Assembly (NCBI GenBank): GCA_963808235.1
Contig: CAWEEQ010000004.1
Location: 1,088,001 to 1,152,000, forward strand
Reading direction: 5' to 3'
Origin: an uncultured delta proteobacterium
Lineage (GTDB): Bacteria > Desulfobacterota > Binatia > Binatales > Binataceae
Length of the DNA: 64,000 bases
Part shown: piece after piece, positions 28,528-39,088 of the stretch
How positions within the stretch are numbered: the stretch's first letter is position 1
Layout of the letters: each line of letters begins with the position of its first letter
Translations under genes and position numbers: made by a program
Notes under the pieces: generated by a model
Told to the model about the DNA's origin: nothing
The model's input: the letters and a program-made list of their open reading frames with translations, nothing else
Databases searched by the model: none

Positions 28528-30014
28528 TGAGAGCCGCCGCGCTCGTTTTTTTTCTCGCCTGTGCATTCGCGTTCGTACTTCCGGCGCGTGCCTTCGCGCA
28601 GCTATCGATTCCCGGCAAGATGCTGACCTACCGAACCGTGGACCTCGATTCGAAAGAGGAATTGCATCGGTCGCGGAACTGGCAGGTGTCCGATGGGCGG
28701 ATTGAGTCGGAGCTGAACGCGACCAGCTATCCGGCCGGGACTCAAGTCTTGAGCGAGTGCGCGTTTGCCAACGGGTTCGCGCATCCGGCAACGTCCTATC
28801 GATCGATCATGATGAGCCGCGGCGGCGAGCTGGAACGCTCCGACTTCGACACCTTCGATCCGAAGTACTATCCGTTTCTCGCATCGTCGATTGCAGCCGA
28901 CATGCAACCCGGAGCGTGCGTCGCCAGGAGTGCGCTCAAATTGCCGGCGCTGGTGCGCGGCGGTGAAACCTCTACCTGGCTATGGTCCGACTCTGGATTG
29001 ATCGGGGTGATTTTGCGTCCGGAAGAAAACGAGGAGGTGACGGTGCCGGCCGGGAGCTTCGATGCGCTCCGGGTGCGTATCGACGTTGACCTGAGCAAAC
29101 TTTTTCCGCACGTGCCGGCGCTGTTCCTGAGCGTGATCAAGCCGCACTTCACAATCTGGATCGGGCGCGCGGAGCCGTACTACCTGCTCAAGATGGTGGG
29201 ATTTGGCGAGCGCGCCAGCAAGCTGCACAAGAACACGGCGATCGAGCTGGTAGCGATTGGCGACCTGAATCCGAATGAGTCGCGCATCCCTGCGGAGCTC
29301 GCGGATACAGATGCTACCGGTCCGCAGCCGCGTCTCGTCACGGTCAACTCGGGTAGTTGGGCGCAGGGAAATCGTGCCGGCCATGTGACGCTGTCGACCT
29401 CGCCAACGCCCACCGGCGAGCTGCTGGTCACTCACGTCGCGTTCAGCAATGGGCTCGCGACCGAGAGCCGCACGCTGGTCGATCGTCGCGCGTCGCCCGC
29501 GACGGTTTACCTGGACGATCGCAGTTTCGCGACCGGCGGCGCGATCGTTCGCAAACACGTGCTGTTCTTTCGCAAGGCCGCTTTCCCCGACGATCCGGAA
29601 AAAGATCTTCCCGCCGATTTGTATGGAGCGGATACGACGCTCGGCGTGCTGCTGCCGCGCCTGCTTCCCGAGGGAAGCGACGAGGCCACTTTTCACGTGA
29701 TGGATTTTTCAGGTGAGGTGAACCAGCTTACCATTCATCGCGAGGGCCTGATGACGGTCGCACTCGGTGCTGACGACGCGCGCGCGATTTACGCGAAGCT
29801 CGAGCCGATCGTCGATATTCCTCTTCTCCTGCGGCCGCTCGCGTATTTCTTCACGCCTTCGTTCGACGCATACTTCGACGCCGATTCGCCGCATCGCGTG
29901 CTCAAGTTCGTGGGACCGCTCGGCCCGCCGGGAGCGCCGAACGCGACGATGCTCGCCGATGAAAAGGTATCCACTTCGGGCGCAGGCCAGTCGCCGGCTT
30001 CCACGCGCCGTTAG
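28527..30014 (+). CDS. secreted hypothetical protein with an internally duplicated DUF3108-like domain
   Basis: Signal peptide AFA|Q; EEVTVPAGSFDALR motif; second half parallels the first. Confidence 0.65.
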   Translation: MRAAALVFFLACAFAFVLPARAFAQLSIPGKMLTYRTVDLDSKEELHRSRNWQVSDGRIESELNATSYPAGTQVLSECAFANGFAHPATSYRSIMMSRGGELERSDFDTFDPKYYPFLASSIAADMQPGACVARSALKLPALVRGGETSTWLWSDSGLIGVILRPEENEEVTVPAGSFDALRVRIDVDLSKLFPHVPALFLSVIKPHFTIWIGRAEPYYLLKMVGFGERASKLHKNTAIELVAIGDLNPNESRIPAELADTDATGPQPRLVTVNSGSWAQGNRAGHVTLSTSPTPTGELLVTHVAFSNGLATESRTLVDRRASPATVYLDDRSFATGGAIVRKHVLFFRKAAFPDDPEKDLPADLYGADTTLGVLLPRLLPEGSDEATFHVMDFSGEVNQLTIHREGLMTVALGADDARAIYAKLEPIVDIPLLLRPLAYFFTPSFDAYFDADSPHRVLKFVGPLGPPGAPNATMLADEKVSTSGAGQSPASTRR

Positions 30015-30067
30015 GATCTTCGCGAAAATAATTGGTGACAGAGTGCCTGCAAAGAAAGTGAAAAACG

Positions 30068-31711
30068 TCAGAGCTTCTTCGTCAAGCTCGCGACGACGGT
30101 TACCAGCTCGATCGGTTCAATCGGTTTCGGCACATGCATCTGGTAGCCGGTTGACAGTATCTTGAGACGATCCTGTGTGCGCGCATACGCGGTCAGGGCG
30201 ATCGCGGGAATCTGGCCGCGTTTTTCCGCCGGCAGTGCGCGCAGCTGGCGGATCAGATCGTAGCCGTCCTGGCCCGGCATCCCGATATCCGAAATCAATA
30301 CGTCGGGTTTCCATCGATCGATCAGGTCGAGCGCCTGGGTGACCCCTGCCGCCGATGCCACCTCCGCTCCTGCTTCGAGCAGGATCGCAGAGATGACCTC
30401 CCGCGCATCGATCTCATCGTCAACGACCAGGATTCGCAAACCGTCCAGCGAAGGCGAAGTCATCGCCGCGAGGCTTCCTCCCGCGCTCGGATGAACCCTG
30501 GACTCGTCGCTCGGGCCGCTCGATTGAGTCGAAATCAGTATCGGCAGCTGGATGGTGAATTCCGCACCCTTTCCCTCTCCCTCGCTGCGCGCGCCGACCA
30601 CTCCGCCATGAAGCTCGACCAGGTGGCGCACGATCGCCAGGCCGAGGCCAAGTCCGCCGTACTCACGGGTGGTGGTGCTGTCGGCCTGGCGAAAACGTTC
30701 GAAAATGAATGGCCGCACTTTAGGATCGATTCCCTTGCCCGTGTCGGAGACGACAATTTCGACGTGAGAGTTGACTTGCTGCAAGCGGATCTGAACTTTA
30801 CCGCCGCTCGGAGTGAACTTGACGGCGTTGGAGAGGAGATTCCAGAAAACCTGCTGCAGACGGTCGGGATCGCCAACCACGGGTCCTGCCCGAGGATCGA
30901 GGAAAGACTGGACACTAATGGATTTTGCGGCGGCGCTGGGCCGCACCACTTCAATTGCCGCCTCGATCACGGAAGTGAGCTGAAACGGCCTGATGTTGAG
31001 GCGAAGTTGCCCGGAAACAATCCGCGAGACGTCGAGCAGGTCCGCGATAAGCTGGGTCTGCGTCTGCGCATTGCGCAGGATCGTCTCGACCGCACGCGCC
31101 GTCTGATCGTCGAGCTTGCGCATCTTGAGCAGCGAAGCCCATCCGGTGATCGCGTTCAGTGGAGTGCGCAGCTCGTGCGATACAACGGCGAGGAACTCGT
31201 CCTTAAGGCGGTTAGCCTCTTCGGCCTGTTCACGCGCGGCTTTCTCGGAGGCGAGCAGTCGATCGCGTTCCTGTTCGGCCGCCTTGCGGTCGGTTATATT
31301 GCGCGCGATCTTGGACGCCCCAACAATCGTTCCGGTCTGATCCTTAACTGGAGAGACGGTGAGCGACATATTCAGCAAGCGGCCGTCCTTGGCGCGCCGC
31401 ACCGTTTCAAAATGTTCGACCCGCTGACCGCTACGGATTCGCGCGAGGACCTCGTTTTCTTCGGCCCATCGGTCCGGCGGGATGATCAGCGTGATGTGCT
31501 TGCCGACTGCTTCGGCCTCCGTGTAGCCGAATATCCGCTCGGCGGCGGGATTCCAGGAGGTGATTACGCCGTCGAGGGTTTTGCTGACAATGACGTCGTC
31601 GGAAGATGCGATAATGGCGGCCAGATGCGCCGCCACGTCCAGCGGTCGGTTGGGGTCCCTGGGCTTGTTCGGGTCGCTCAACGGCACTCCTGCGCGGGCA
31701 TGATTTCGCAA
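30068..31711 (-). CDS. PAS-domain hybrid sensor histidine kinase/response regulator (start may be slightly downstream)
   Basis: PAS (SWNPAAERIFGY), H-box [24 protein letters not shown] (VVDD..SDIGMP..KP). Confidence 0.95.
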   Translation of the reverse strand: MRNHARAGVPLSDPNKPRDPNRPLDVAAHLAAIIASSDDVIVSKTLDGVITSWNPAAERIFGYTEAEAVGKHITLIIPPDRWAEENEVLARIRSGQRVEHFETVRRAKDGRLLNMSLTVSPVKDQTGTIVGASKIARNITDRKAAEQERDRLLASEKAAREQAEEANRLKDEFLAVVSHELRTPLNAITGWASLLKMRKLDDQTARAVETILRNAQTQTQLIADLLDVSRIVSGQLRLNIRPFQLTSVIEAAIEVVRPSAAAKSISVQSFLDPRAGPVVGDPDRLQQVFWNLLSNAVKFTPSGGKVQIRLQQVNSHVEIVVSDTGKGIDPKVRPFIFERFRQADSTTTREYGGLGLGLAIVRHLVELHGGVVGARSEGEGKGAEFTIQLPILISTQSSGPSDESRVHPSAGGSLAAMTSPSLDGLRILVVDDEIDAREVISAILLEAGAEVASAAGVTQALDLIDRWKPDVLISDIGMPGQDGYDLIRQLRALPAEKRGQIPAIALTAYARTQDRLKILSTGYQMHVPKPIEPIELVTVVASLTKKL

Positions 31712-31939
31712 GCAAACTGGTTGCCAAGACGGTTCGACCGAAATCCTCAGCGAAAATCGCTCGTTAGACGCGGGATAAACGATCCCTACAGAGATGCACT
31801 TTGTGAAAATCGGTAATTCGGTAATATCGTCAGGCCACAGCCGACAGTGGTGCCGATTTCAAAGATTGTGTAATTTTTGCTGTCGCCGACAGTCAGGATC
31901 GGCCGCTCTCGCGACTAGATCGCCGCGATCGGGGAATTA

Positions 31940-32293
31940 ATGGACCTCTTCGAACGCCACCACGAGGCATTGCTGCCGCGCCGCCTGTTCCTATGGCGCA
32001 TGGCGCGAACGGCCGCGGTCGGGAGCGCAGTGATCCTTGGGTCGCTGGCGGCGGGCGTTTGCGGCTATCACTATCTGGATAATCTCTCTTGGATCGATTC
32101 GTTGCTGAATGCGTCGATGATCCTCGGCGGGATGGGCCCGGTCGATCCCGTCACCACGAATGCCGGCAAAGTGTTCGCTTCTTTTTATGCTCTCTACAGC
32201 GGACTTGCCTTGATCAGCGTCGCGGGACTGATGCTCAGTCCGATCATTCACCGATTTCTGCACAAGTTTCACATCGCCGACCGGAAGGACTAG
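31940..32293 (+). CDS. small membrane protein, potassium channel-like (2 TM with re-entrant loop)
   Basis: WIDSLLNASMILGGMGPV..GKVFASFYALYSG. Confidence 0.65.
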   Translation: MDLFERHHEALLPRRLFLWRMARTAAVGSAVILGSLAAGVCGYHYLDNLSWIDSLLNASMILGGMGPVDPVTTNAGKVFASFYALYSGLALISVAGLMLSPIIHRFLHKFHIADRKD

Positions 32294-32471
32294 TTACGCG
32301 CGGAACATAACCGTCATAGGTTGGCTGGTAGTTTCACCGGTAAACTTGATCCTTGACCCGTCGCGCTTTTCCTCGAGGCAATTTATGCAGACGACTCGCG
32401 AATTCGCCTGCCGGCGGGCAAGAACAGAACTACAAACCGGAATAGCCAGTAGGAGGGATCAGGTATTCACT

Positions 32472-32759
32472 ATGAAAAGAAAATTGAGTAATGCGGCGGC
32501 GTTAATTGGTATCGCGTTTATCCTCAGTACCGTCGGCATCGGTTGCGAAAAGGATACTACTACTACCGTGCCGGTCCCGGTCGCCGGCGAACAAGGACCT
32601 CCGGGAGCACCCGGCGCACCTGGCGCTCCGGCCGCAGCCGCATCGCCGGCGCAGGCTTCCGAGAAATCCTCGGAGTCATCGACTACCACTTCGAGCGACA
32701 ACAATCCCGGCGGTTCTGTCACGACCACCGAGAAGACCAAGACTGAAAAGACAAACTAG
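32472..32759 (+). CDS. small lipoprotein with a short collagen-like Gly-X-Y stretch
   Basis: Lipobox GIGC; GEQGPPGAPGAPGAP; Thr/Ser-rich tail. Confidence 0.65.
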   Translation: MKRKLSNAAALIGIAFILSTVGIGCEKDTTTTVPVPVAGEQGPPGAPGAPGAPAAAASPAQASEKSSESSTTTSSDNNPGGSVTTTEKTKTEKTN

Positions 32760-32775
32760 TCGAGTCGATACAATC

Positions 32776-32806
32776 GAGGGGCGGCTCGCGATGCTGGCCG
32801 CCCCTC
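32776..32806. terminator. hairpin between convergent genes
   Basis: GAGGGGCGGC / GCCGCCCCTC 10-bp stem. Confidence 0.55.
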
Positions 32807-32828
32807 ACTCAACGCACGGAATTGTTCT

Positions 32829-33182
32829 TCAATAAGGCGCGGTGCCTGGAGACGCGACCGCCTTATCAACGTCGCTCAGCGGGAAATCCTCGCCCTTGTT
32901 AAGCTTGTCGATCAGCGCCTTGATTTCGTTAATCTTGGTGTCGTAGCCGGCTTGAGTCAGCGGCTCCTGCGACCATCCCGCACGCGCAATCTTGTCGTGC
33001 TTCTTGGCGTCCTCCAGCTTCTTTATCAGCGCAGCCTTGTCCGCCGGCGAGAGACTCGAGGCCATCGGAGCACTCGCCGCAGCCCCCGGCGCCGGCTGCG
33101 CAAATGATACCGCCGGTAAAATCGAAGCGCCGACCCCCGCCAACGCAATCATCGCCACGATCGCGGTCTTCCGCATGCCCAT
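32829..33182 (-). CDS. secreted hypothetical protein
   Basis: Signal peptide SFA|Q; GGGAGGA RBS; helical mature part. Confidence 0.65.
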   Translation of the reverse strand: MGMRKTAIVAMIALAGVGASILPAVSFAQPAPGAAASAPMASSLSPADKAALIKKLEDAKKHDKIARAGWSQEPLTQAGYDTKINEIKALIDKLNKGEDFPLSDVDKAVASPGTAPY

Positions 33183-33390
33183 AGTTTTCTTCTTCCTCCC
33201 CAATAGTGGCGTCCGTTGATCGGCGCGCCAGTTGGCCACTCCTGCCAAACCGAGGTTACCGCGAGATTAACAACAGGTTGAAGCCTAGTGAAAAGTGAAG
33301 TCCTAACCCTCGGATCCGCGCCTCTCCCTTCGGGAGAGGCCGCGCTCTGAGCGCGGTGATGGCGCCTGCATCCAGCTCGACGCCGCCCCC

Positions 33391-34275
33391 TCACTCCTGA
33401 TGCTTGAGGCTCGCGCTTCCGAATCCATAGACCAGCGCCGTCTTGGTCGTGCCGCGTTCCACCCAGTCCGACGCCCGCGACTGGATCGACGTGTAGAAGA
33501 ACTCCGAGAGCTCACGCTGCTTTCGCCGCACCGCCTCGGGGCTGTCGAATTTCAGTTGATAGCCAAACTCAGCGACGATCGGCGCGTTGGTCGTGCGCAC
33601 CCGCCACACCGCAAGCGTCGCCTTCGCCTCGAGCTTGTGCCCGAAGTCCAGCATCCCGAGATCGACCTGGTATTCCTGGATCGAAAGCCCGTTGACCACG
33701 CTGAGCGCGGCCTTGGGATTCGCGTCGATCTTCTTCAGCGCCGGAAATGCCGCCGCGGTCGTCTCGAAGCGCTGCGTCAATATGATGTTCGGTGTGTCGA
33801 GCTCGCAGTTGTGCGAATAGACCAGCCGCATCCCGAGCGCGCCGTCCTTGGGCAGCAGGATCTCCTCCTTGAACTTCAGCGTATACGCACACGGCAGCAG
33901 GGGACGGGGATCCACCGCCAGCGCCACCTGCTTGTCCGGATGACGGAACTTGAGCACCAGTTCGTGTCTCGGCTCAGGAAGCCCATGATGGTAGAACGTG
34001 CGCTTGCGCAAAATGAATCCGTGATTGTACAGCTTGAAATGCGGCGTGTCGTAAAAAACCACTTCGCGCTGATGCGGCTTCACCGACTCGTCGAGCTTGC
34101 CGAGCTTGATCCCCAGCGACTTGGCCGCGTGATGCGCTATTTTCCAGAACTTGTGAAACCCCTTCTCGTCGGGAAATCGGTCGGGCTTCAGCAACAGTTT
34201 GTATTCGCGATATTGAATCTGGTCCGACGGTACGATCGGTTCGTAGAACCCGGAACGATCACCTTGCGTACTCAT
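33391..34275 (-). CDS. CYTH-like (triphosphate tunnel) domain protein
   Basis: REYKLLL, FYDT, GFILRKR, LVLKFR. Confidence 0.7.
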   Translation of the reverse strand: MSTQGDRSGFYEPIVPSDQIQYREYKLLLKPDRFPDEKGFHKFWKIAHHAAKSLGIKLGKLDESVKPHQREVVFYDTPHFKLYNHGFILRKRTFYHHGLPEPRHELVLKFRHPDKQVALAVDPRPLLPCAYTLKFKEEILLPKDGALGMRLVYSHNCELDTPNIILTQRFETTAAAFPALKKIDANPKAALSVVNGLSIQEYQVDLGMLDFGHKLEAKATLAVWRVRTTNAPIVAEFGYQLKFDSPEAVRRKQRELSEFFYTSIQSRASDWVERGTTKTALVYGFGSASLKHQE

Positions 34276-34499
34276 CGAAGTTTGTTGCGGCAGGCAACCA
34301 TCTTTCCACCCACATCCGCCGACGGGCGCCGGCGCCCCCTACCTCCACGTGATGCCATCGAACTACCAGTCCTCCAGAGCGCGGTCAATTCCGGACAGTT
34401 TTTCCACCAAGGCCCAATCTGTTACTTGAGCTTAAAACTAGAAGTTAGGTTCCCCTTCCCTCGAGGGTCAGGGGCTAGGTTGTCTGAAGAAGGCTGACG

Positions 34500-35270
34500 T
34501 TACTTCCCCACGAACCGCGCCGCCCGCTTCTCAATAAATGCTCGCACCCCTTCCTTGGTATCCGCACTGCGATTCGTCTCGAGTAGTTCGCGCGCCTCTG
34601 CGTCGAGCGAGTCGCTGAGATAATTCTCGAGCCCATGATTCAGCAACATCTTGTTGCTGCCAATCGCTCCCGTCGGCATCTCTGCCAGCCGCTGATTGAA
34701 CTCTTTGACTCCCTTCTCAAACTCCGCCTCCGGAAACACCCGCGTCAGCAGTCCCCATTCGAGAGCATCGCGAGCGCTTATCTTGTTGCCAAGCAACAAA
34801 ATCTCCGCCGCGCGACCGACTCCGACGTAACGCGGCAGCCAGTACGCCGCTCCCGACATCGAGTTGATCGCGCGATTGATCCTGATGTCGCCGACAAACG
34901 CGCTCTCGGCCGCCAGCCTGAAGTCGCAAGCGAGGATCAAATCGAACGCGGCGCCATACGCATAGCCCTGTATCGCCGCGACCACGGGGATTCGCATCGC
35001 GCGGATTCGCTTGATCATCGCATGATGGCCAGCGCGCATCTCTTCCAGCGGATGCCGCGTGCCGCCCATCCCCGCCAGATCGTCCCCCGCCGAAAACGCG
35101 CGCCCACCTCCGCGAAACACTACGACGCGCGCATCGTTCACCTCGCGATTGAGGACCTGGTTCACCTCCGCGAGCATCTTGAAAGTGAATGCGTTGAGCT
35201 TCTCGGGACGGTTGAAGGTGATCGTCAAAACGCCCGCGGATTTATCCAGATTTATCTGCTGATAAGCCAT
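34500..35270 (-). CDS. enoyl-CoA hydratase/isomerase family protein
   Basis: ITFNRPEKLNA, AFSAGDDL, G.A.GA..DL.LACDFR, EGVRAFIEKR. Confidence 0.92.
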   Translation of the reverse strand: MAYQQINLDKSAGVLTITFNRPEKLNAFTFKMLAEVNQVLNREVNDARVVVFRGGGRAFSAGDDLAGMGGTRHPLEEMRAGHHAMIKRIRAMRIPVVAAIQGYAYGAAFDLILACDFRLAAESAFVGDIRINRAINSMSGAAYWLPRYVGVGRAAEILLLGNKISARDALEWGLLTRVFPEAEFEKGVKEFNQRLAEMPTGAIGSNKMLLNHGLENYLSDSLDAEARELLETNRSADTKEGVRAFIEKRAARFVGK

Positions 35271-35363
35271 TTTTGAGGTTTCCCCGGAGATGGTTGAAGC
35301 GCCTTCTTTCCTATGTTACGTTCGCATGCACGTGAATTTCGTCCCCCGTTCAGCTTAGTCCTC

Positions 35364-36274
35364 ATGGCAAGAGAACGCTCGCTCAGACTGCCCGATGTAA
35401 TCGGAGTCGGATTGCCGCGCACGGGATCAACCTGGCTTTACGATGCGTTGCGTGACTCAGTCGACATGCCCGCCGGCACTAAGGACACGCACTTCTTCTA
35501 CCGCTTCCGTGACAAGGGAATCGAGTGGTACGCTCGTCACTTCCGCTACGCGACGGGTGAGCGAAAGATCGTCGAGATTTGCCCGGGGATTTTTTTCAGT
35601 CCGTCGGCGCGCGAGCTTATCAAGACTCACATTCCGAACTGCAAGATCATCGCGACCATGCGCGATCCTGTCGATCGAGTTTATTCCGTCTACAAGATGC
35701 TCCGTCATTTCGGGAATGTGCGCAGACGGAGCTTCGATCAGGTTTTGAATACGTGGACCGATCTGGCCGGGGACAACCGCTACGCGCCGCTTCTCAAGAC
35801 GTGGTTCGAGAGTTTCGGCCGCGAAAATGTCCTGGTCACAATGTACGATGAATTGCGCGCGGAGCCACAGAAATTTGTGAATCGGGTGACCGACTTCATC
35901 GGCATCGAGAAAATCGTGCTCTCCGAGCGGCCCAAAATCGGCACCAACGTCAATGCCTTCGCGCGTGCGCCCAGAAATGGCAGGCTCGCGCGCAGAGCGA
36001 CTACGATCGAGTACTGGCTGAACGTCGCCAGGCATATGGCGTGGTCAACTTCTTCGAACGCTCCGGCGCGTTGGATTTCTGCCGGGGAGGCGGCGACACC
36101 TTTCCGCCGCTGACTCCGGAACAGGACGCGCGCTTGCGCAAGCGCTACCTTCCCGAAGTTGAAGCGCTGGAAGATCTTCTGAGAATCGATCTTTCCGCGT
36201 GGAAGAAGGCACGTGCGCCGCGCAACTTCGAAACCGCGGCAGGCAGCGCAGTGCCAAGAATGGCCCACGCATGA
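35364..36274 (+). CDS. sulfotransferase 1, frameshifted near 36024
   Basis: 5'-PSB GLPRTGSTWL; 3'-PB RDPVDRVYS; C-terminus in ORF 36041..36274. Confidence 0.85.
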
Positions 36275-37185
36275 GCGCAAACATCAAGCGCCGGCTTCCA
36301 TCGATCATCGCCGCGGGTCCCGGACGCACCGGCACCACCTGGCTGCATCAAGTGCTCGAAGGCCACGTCAATCTGCCTTACGGCATAAAAGAGACGCAGT
36401 TCTTCAGCCACTTCTACGACAAGGGCCTCGACTGGTACGCGCGCCATTTTCGCTACGCAACCGACGATCGCCCAATCATGGAGATTAGCCCTCCGTACTT
36501 CTTCAAGCCGGAAGCCGTCGAGCGCATAAAGAATGACATCCCGAACTGCAGGATCATCACCACGATGCGCGATCCGGTCGATCGTGTGTACTCGAAGTAC
36601 AAGCTGGTTAAGCATACCGGCACCGCGCGGCGCGGAACTTTCGAACAAATCCTGAATGCATGGCCAACCATCTCGGGCGGCGGCCGCTACGCGCAACATC
36701 TCGAGGGATGGTTCGAGAAACTCGGCCGCGAAAATGTTCTGGTCACGCTTTACGATGAATTGCGCGCCGAGCCGCAGAAATATTTAAACCGCGTCACCGA
36801 CTTCATGGGCGTGGAAAGAATCTCCCTCTCCGAGCGGCCCCAAATCGGCAGCGACGTAAATACCTTCGCGCGCGCCCCCAAGAATCGCCACCTAGCGCGC
36901 AGAGCGACCAGGTTCAAGTATTGGCTAAGGGGCCGCCAGGCTTATGGCACGCTCACCATGCTCGAACGCGTAGGCTTCTTTGAATTCTGCTACGGACGCG
37001 GCGAGCTGTTTCCACCGCTGACCTCCGAGCAGGACGCGAGCCTGCGCGAGCGCTTTCGCCCCGACGTAGAAGCGCTCGAACAATTGCTCGCAATCGATCT
37101 CTCCGCATGGAAAAAACCGCGCGCGCCGCGCACCGTCGAGGACTCGCCGGCGGCGCCGCGTCTCCAGCGCCTCGCCAGCGGATAG
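36271..37185 (+). CDS. sulfotransferase 2
   Basis: GPGRTGTTWL, KETQFF, RDPVDRVYS; ATGA overlap with the previous gene. Confidence 0.9.
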   Translation: MSANIKRRLPSIIAAGPGRTGTTWLHQVLEGHVNLPYGIKETQFFSHFYDKGLDWYARHFRYATDDRPIMEISPPYFFKPEAVERIKNDIPNCRIITTMRDPVDRVYSKYKLVKHTGTARRGTFEQILNAWPTISGGGRYAQHLEGWFEKLGRENVLVTLYDELRAEPQKYLNRVTDFMGVERISLSERPQIGSDVNTFARAPKNRHLARRATRFKYWLRGRQAYGTLTMLERVGFFEFCYGRGELFPPLTSEQDASLRERFRPDVEALEQLLAIDLSAWKKPRAPRTVEDSPAAPRLQRLASG

Positions 37186-37233
37186 GCGTAATAGCAAAAT
37201 TGTCCGGATTAGTTATCGACGATTGATATCCAG

Positions 37234-38148
37234 ATGACCACCAGCGTTAACCGCCGGCTCCCGTCGATCATCGGCGCCGGTCCCGGACGCACCGGCACGA
37301 CCTGGTTGCATCGCGTGCTCGAAGGCCACGTCGATCTGCCTTATGGCGTCAAAGAGACCCAGTTTTTCAGCACCTACTACGACAAGGGCATCGATTGGTA
37401 CGCGCGTCATTTTCGTTACGCGACTGGCGAGCGGCCGATCGTCGAAGTATGTCCTTACTTGTTGGATCCGCGCGCACCCGATCGCATCAAGACGCACATT
37501 CCCAACTGTCGCGTCATCACGACTCTGCGCAATCCGATCAACGTCGCATTTTCGGCGTACAAGATGCTCGCCCACTACGCGTGGGTGCGCGGCTCGTTCG
37601 ACGAGGTGCTCAAATCCCGGCCCAATCTTGCCGGCGGCAATCGCTATGCGTTCCATCTGCGCAAATGGTTCGAGACTTTCGGCCGCGCGAACGTGCTCGT
37701 CACCAGCTACGACGAATTGCGCGCCGACCCGCAGAAATATCTGGACCAGGTCACCGGCTTCATCGGCATCGAGCGAATCGCGCTGAACGAACGGCCCGAG
37801 ATCGGCGCAGACGTTCATTCCTTCGATCGCGCGCCAAAAAGTCGCCGCCTCGCTCGCCGCGCAACCCGCCTGATGTACTGGCTCAAGGCCCGCCAGGCAT
37901 ACGGCGCGATCAATTTTCTCGATCGCATCGGCTTGTGGGATTTCTGCCACGGCCGCGGCGAACCGTTCGGCCATCTCACCCCCGCGCAAGAAGAGCTGCT
38001 GCGCAAGCGCTATCTCCCCGAAGTCGAAGCCGTCGAGGAATTGCTCTCGATCGATCTGTCCGCGTGGAAAAAACCGCGCCCACCGCGCGCCGCCGGTGAC
38101 GCTGCCGATTTCCGCTCCTCGACAGTTCTGCGCACGGCCAGCCTCTGA
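37234..38148 (+). CDS. sulfotransferase 3
   Basis: GPGRTGTTWL, KETQFF, RNPINVAFS. Confidence 0.9.
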   Translation: MTTSVNRRLPSIIGAGPGRTGTTWLHRVLEGHVDLPYGVKETQFFSTYYDKGIDWYARHFRYATGERPIVEVCPYLLDPRAPDRIKTHIPNCRVITTLRNPINVAFSAYKMLAHYAWVRGSFDEVLKSRPNLAGGNRYAFHLRKWFETFGRANVLVTSYDELRADPQKYLDQVTGFIGIERIALNERPEIGADVHSFDRAPKSRRLARRATRLMYWLKARQAYGAINFLDRIGLWDFCHGRGEPFGHLTPAQEELLRKRYLPEVEAVEELLSIDLSAWKKPRPPRAAGDAADFRSSTVLRTASL

Positions 38149-38158
38149 CGCCGGTCCT

Positions 38159-39088
38159 GTGACATCTTCAAATAGCAAATCTCAACCGAAACTCCCCGAT
38201 TTCATCGCGGTCGGCCCCGGCCGCACCGGCACGACCTGGCTTCACGAGGTCCTCAAAGGCCGCGTCAACCTGCCTGAGGGAATCAAGGAAACCGATTTCT
38301 TCACCACCAACTTTTACAAGGGCGTCGATTGGTACGCGCATCACTTCCGCAACGCCGACAACCGCCGCCCGATCGGCGAAGTGAATCCATACTTCGGCTT
38401 TCCCGAAGCAGCCGAGCGAATCGCGCGGCTCATCCCGCGCTGCAAAATCATCTGTACGTTTCGCCACCCCGTCGAGCGCATCTACTCGGAATACAAACTC
38501 TGGCGTCACTATACGCAGACCAAATTTCCCATCGATGAGTTCCTGGTCAAGGTTCCCCAGGTGATCGAGGTGACCCGCTACGCAAAGCATCTGCCCGATT
38601 GGCGCGCGCGCTTCGGCGACGACCGCGTGATCGTCTGTCTCAACGACGATCTCCACTCAGACCCGCAAGCGTATCTCGATCGAGTTTGTGATTTTATCGG
38701 GATCGAAAAATATCCCGTGCCCGCCGCCGCAGCCGAGGGTGAGCTGATCAATTCGATAAATGACCTGCCCCGGTTCCCGCGCTTCGCCCGCAAGATGCGT
38801 CATTTCATGTACTGGCTCGAGGAGAAACAGGCGTACGCCACCAGCAATTTTCTCGAGCGCGCGGGCTTCTGGAAATTCTCTTTCGGCGGCGGCGCAAAGT
38901 TCCCGCCGCTCGATCCCGCCACTGAGGCCCATCTCCACGAGCTGATGCGCCCCGAGATCGACGGGCTCGAGCGTCTCATCGGGCGCGACCTTTCCGCGTG
39001 GAAGCAACCCCGAAACCGGACGGCCGGCGATGCGAGCGCGGGCGTCTCGCCTGAGATAAGCTATCCGCGATGGCAAAAGTCACGGTAG
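38159..39088 (+). CDS. sulfotransferase 4
   Basis: LPDFIAVGPGRTGTTWL, KETDFF, RHPVERIYS. Confidence 0.9.
   Translation: MTSSNSKSQPKLPDFIAVGPGRTGTTWLHEVLKGRVNLPEGIKETDFFTTNFYKGVDWYAHHFRNADNRRPIGEVNPYFGFPEAAERIARLIPRCKIICTFRHPVERIYSEYKLWRHYTQTKFPIDEFLVKVPQVIEVTRYAKHLPDWRARFGDDRVIVCLNDDLHSDPQAYLDRVCDFIGIEKYPVPAAAAEGELINSINDLPRFPRFARKMRHFMYWLEEKQAYATSNFLERAGFWKFSFGGGAKFPPLDPATEAHLHELMRPEIDGLERLIGRDLSAWKQPRNRTAGDASAGVSPEISYPRWQKSR

Noticed and set aside
32472-32759. Bacterial collagen
   Set aside because: Only five Gly-X-Y triplets, too short to support a collagen domain
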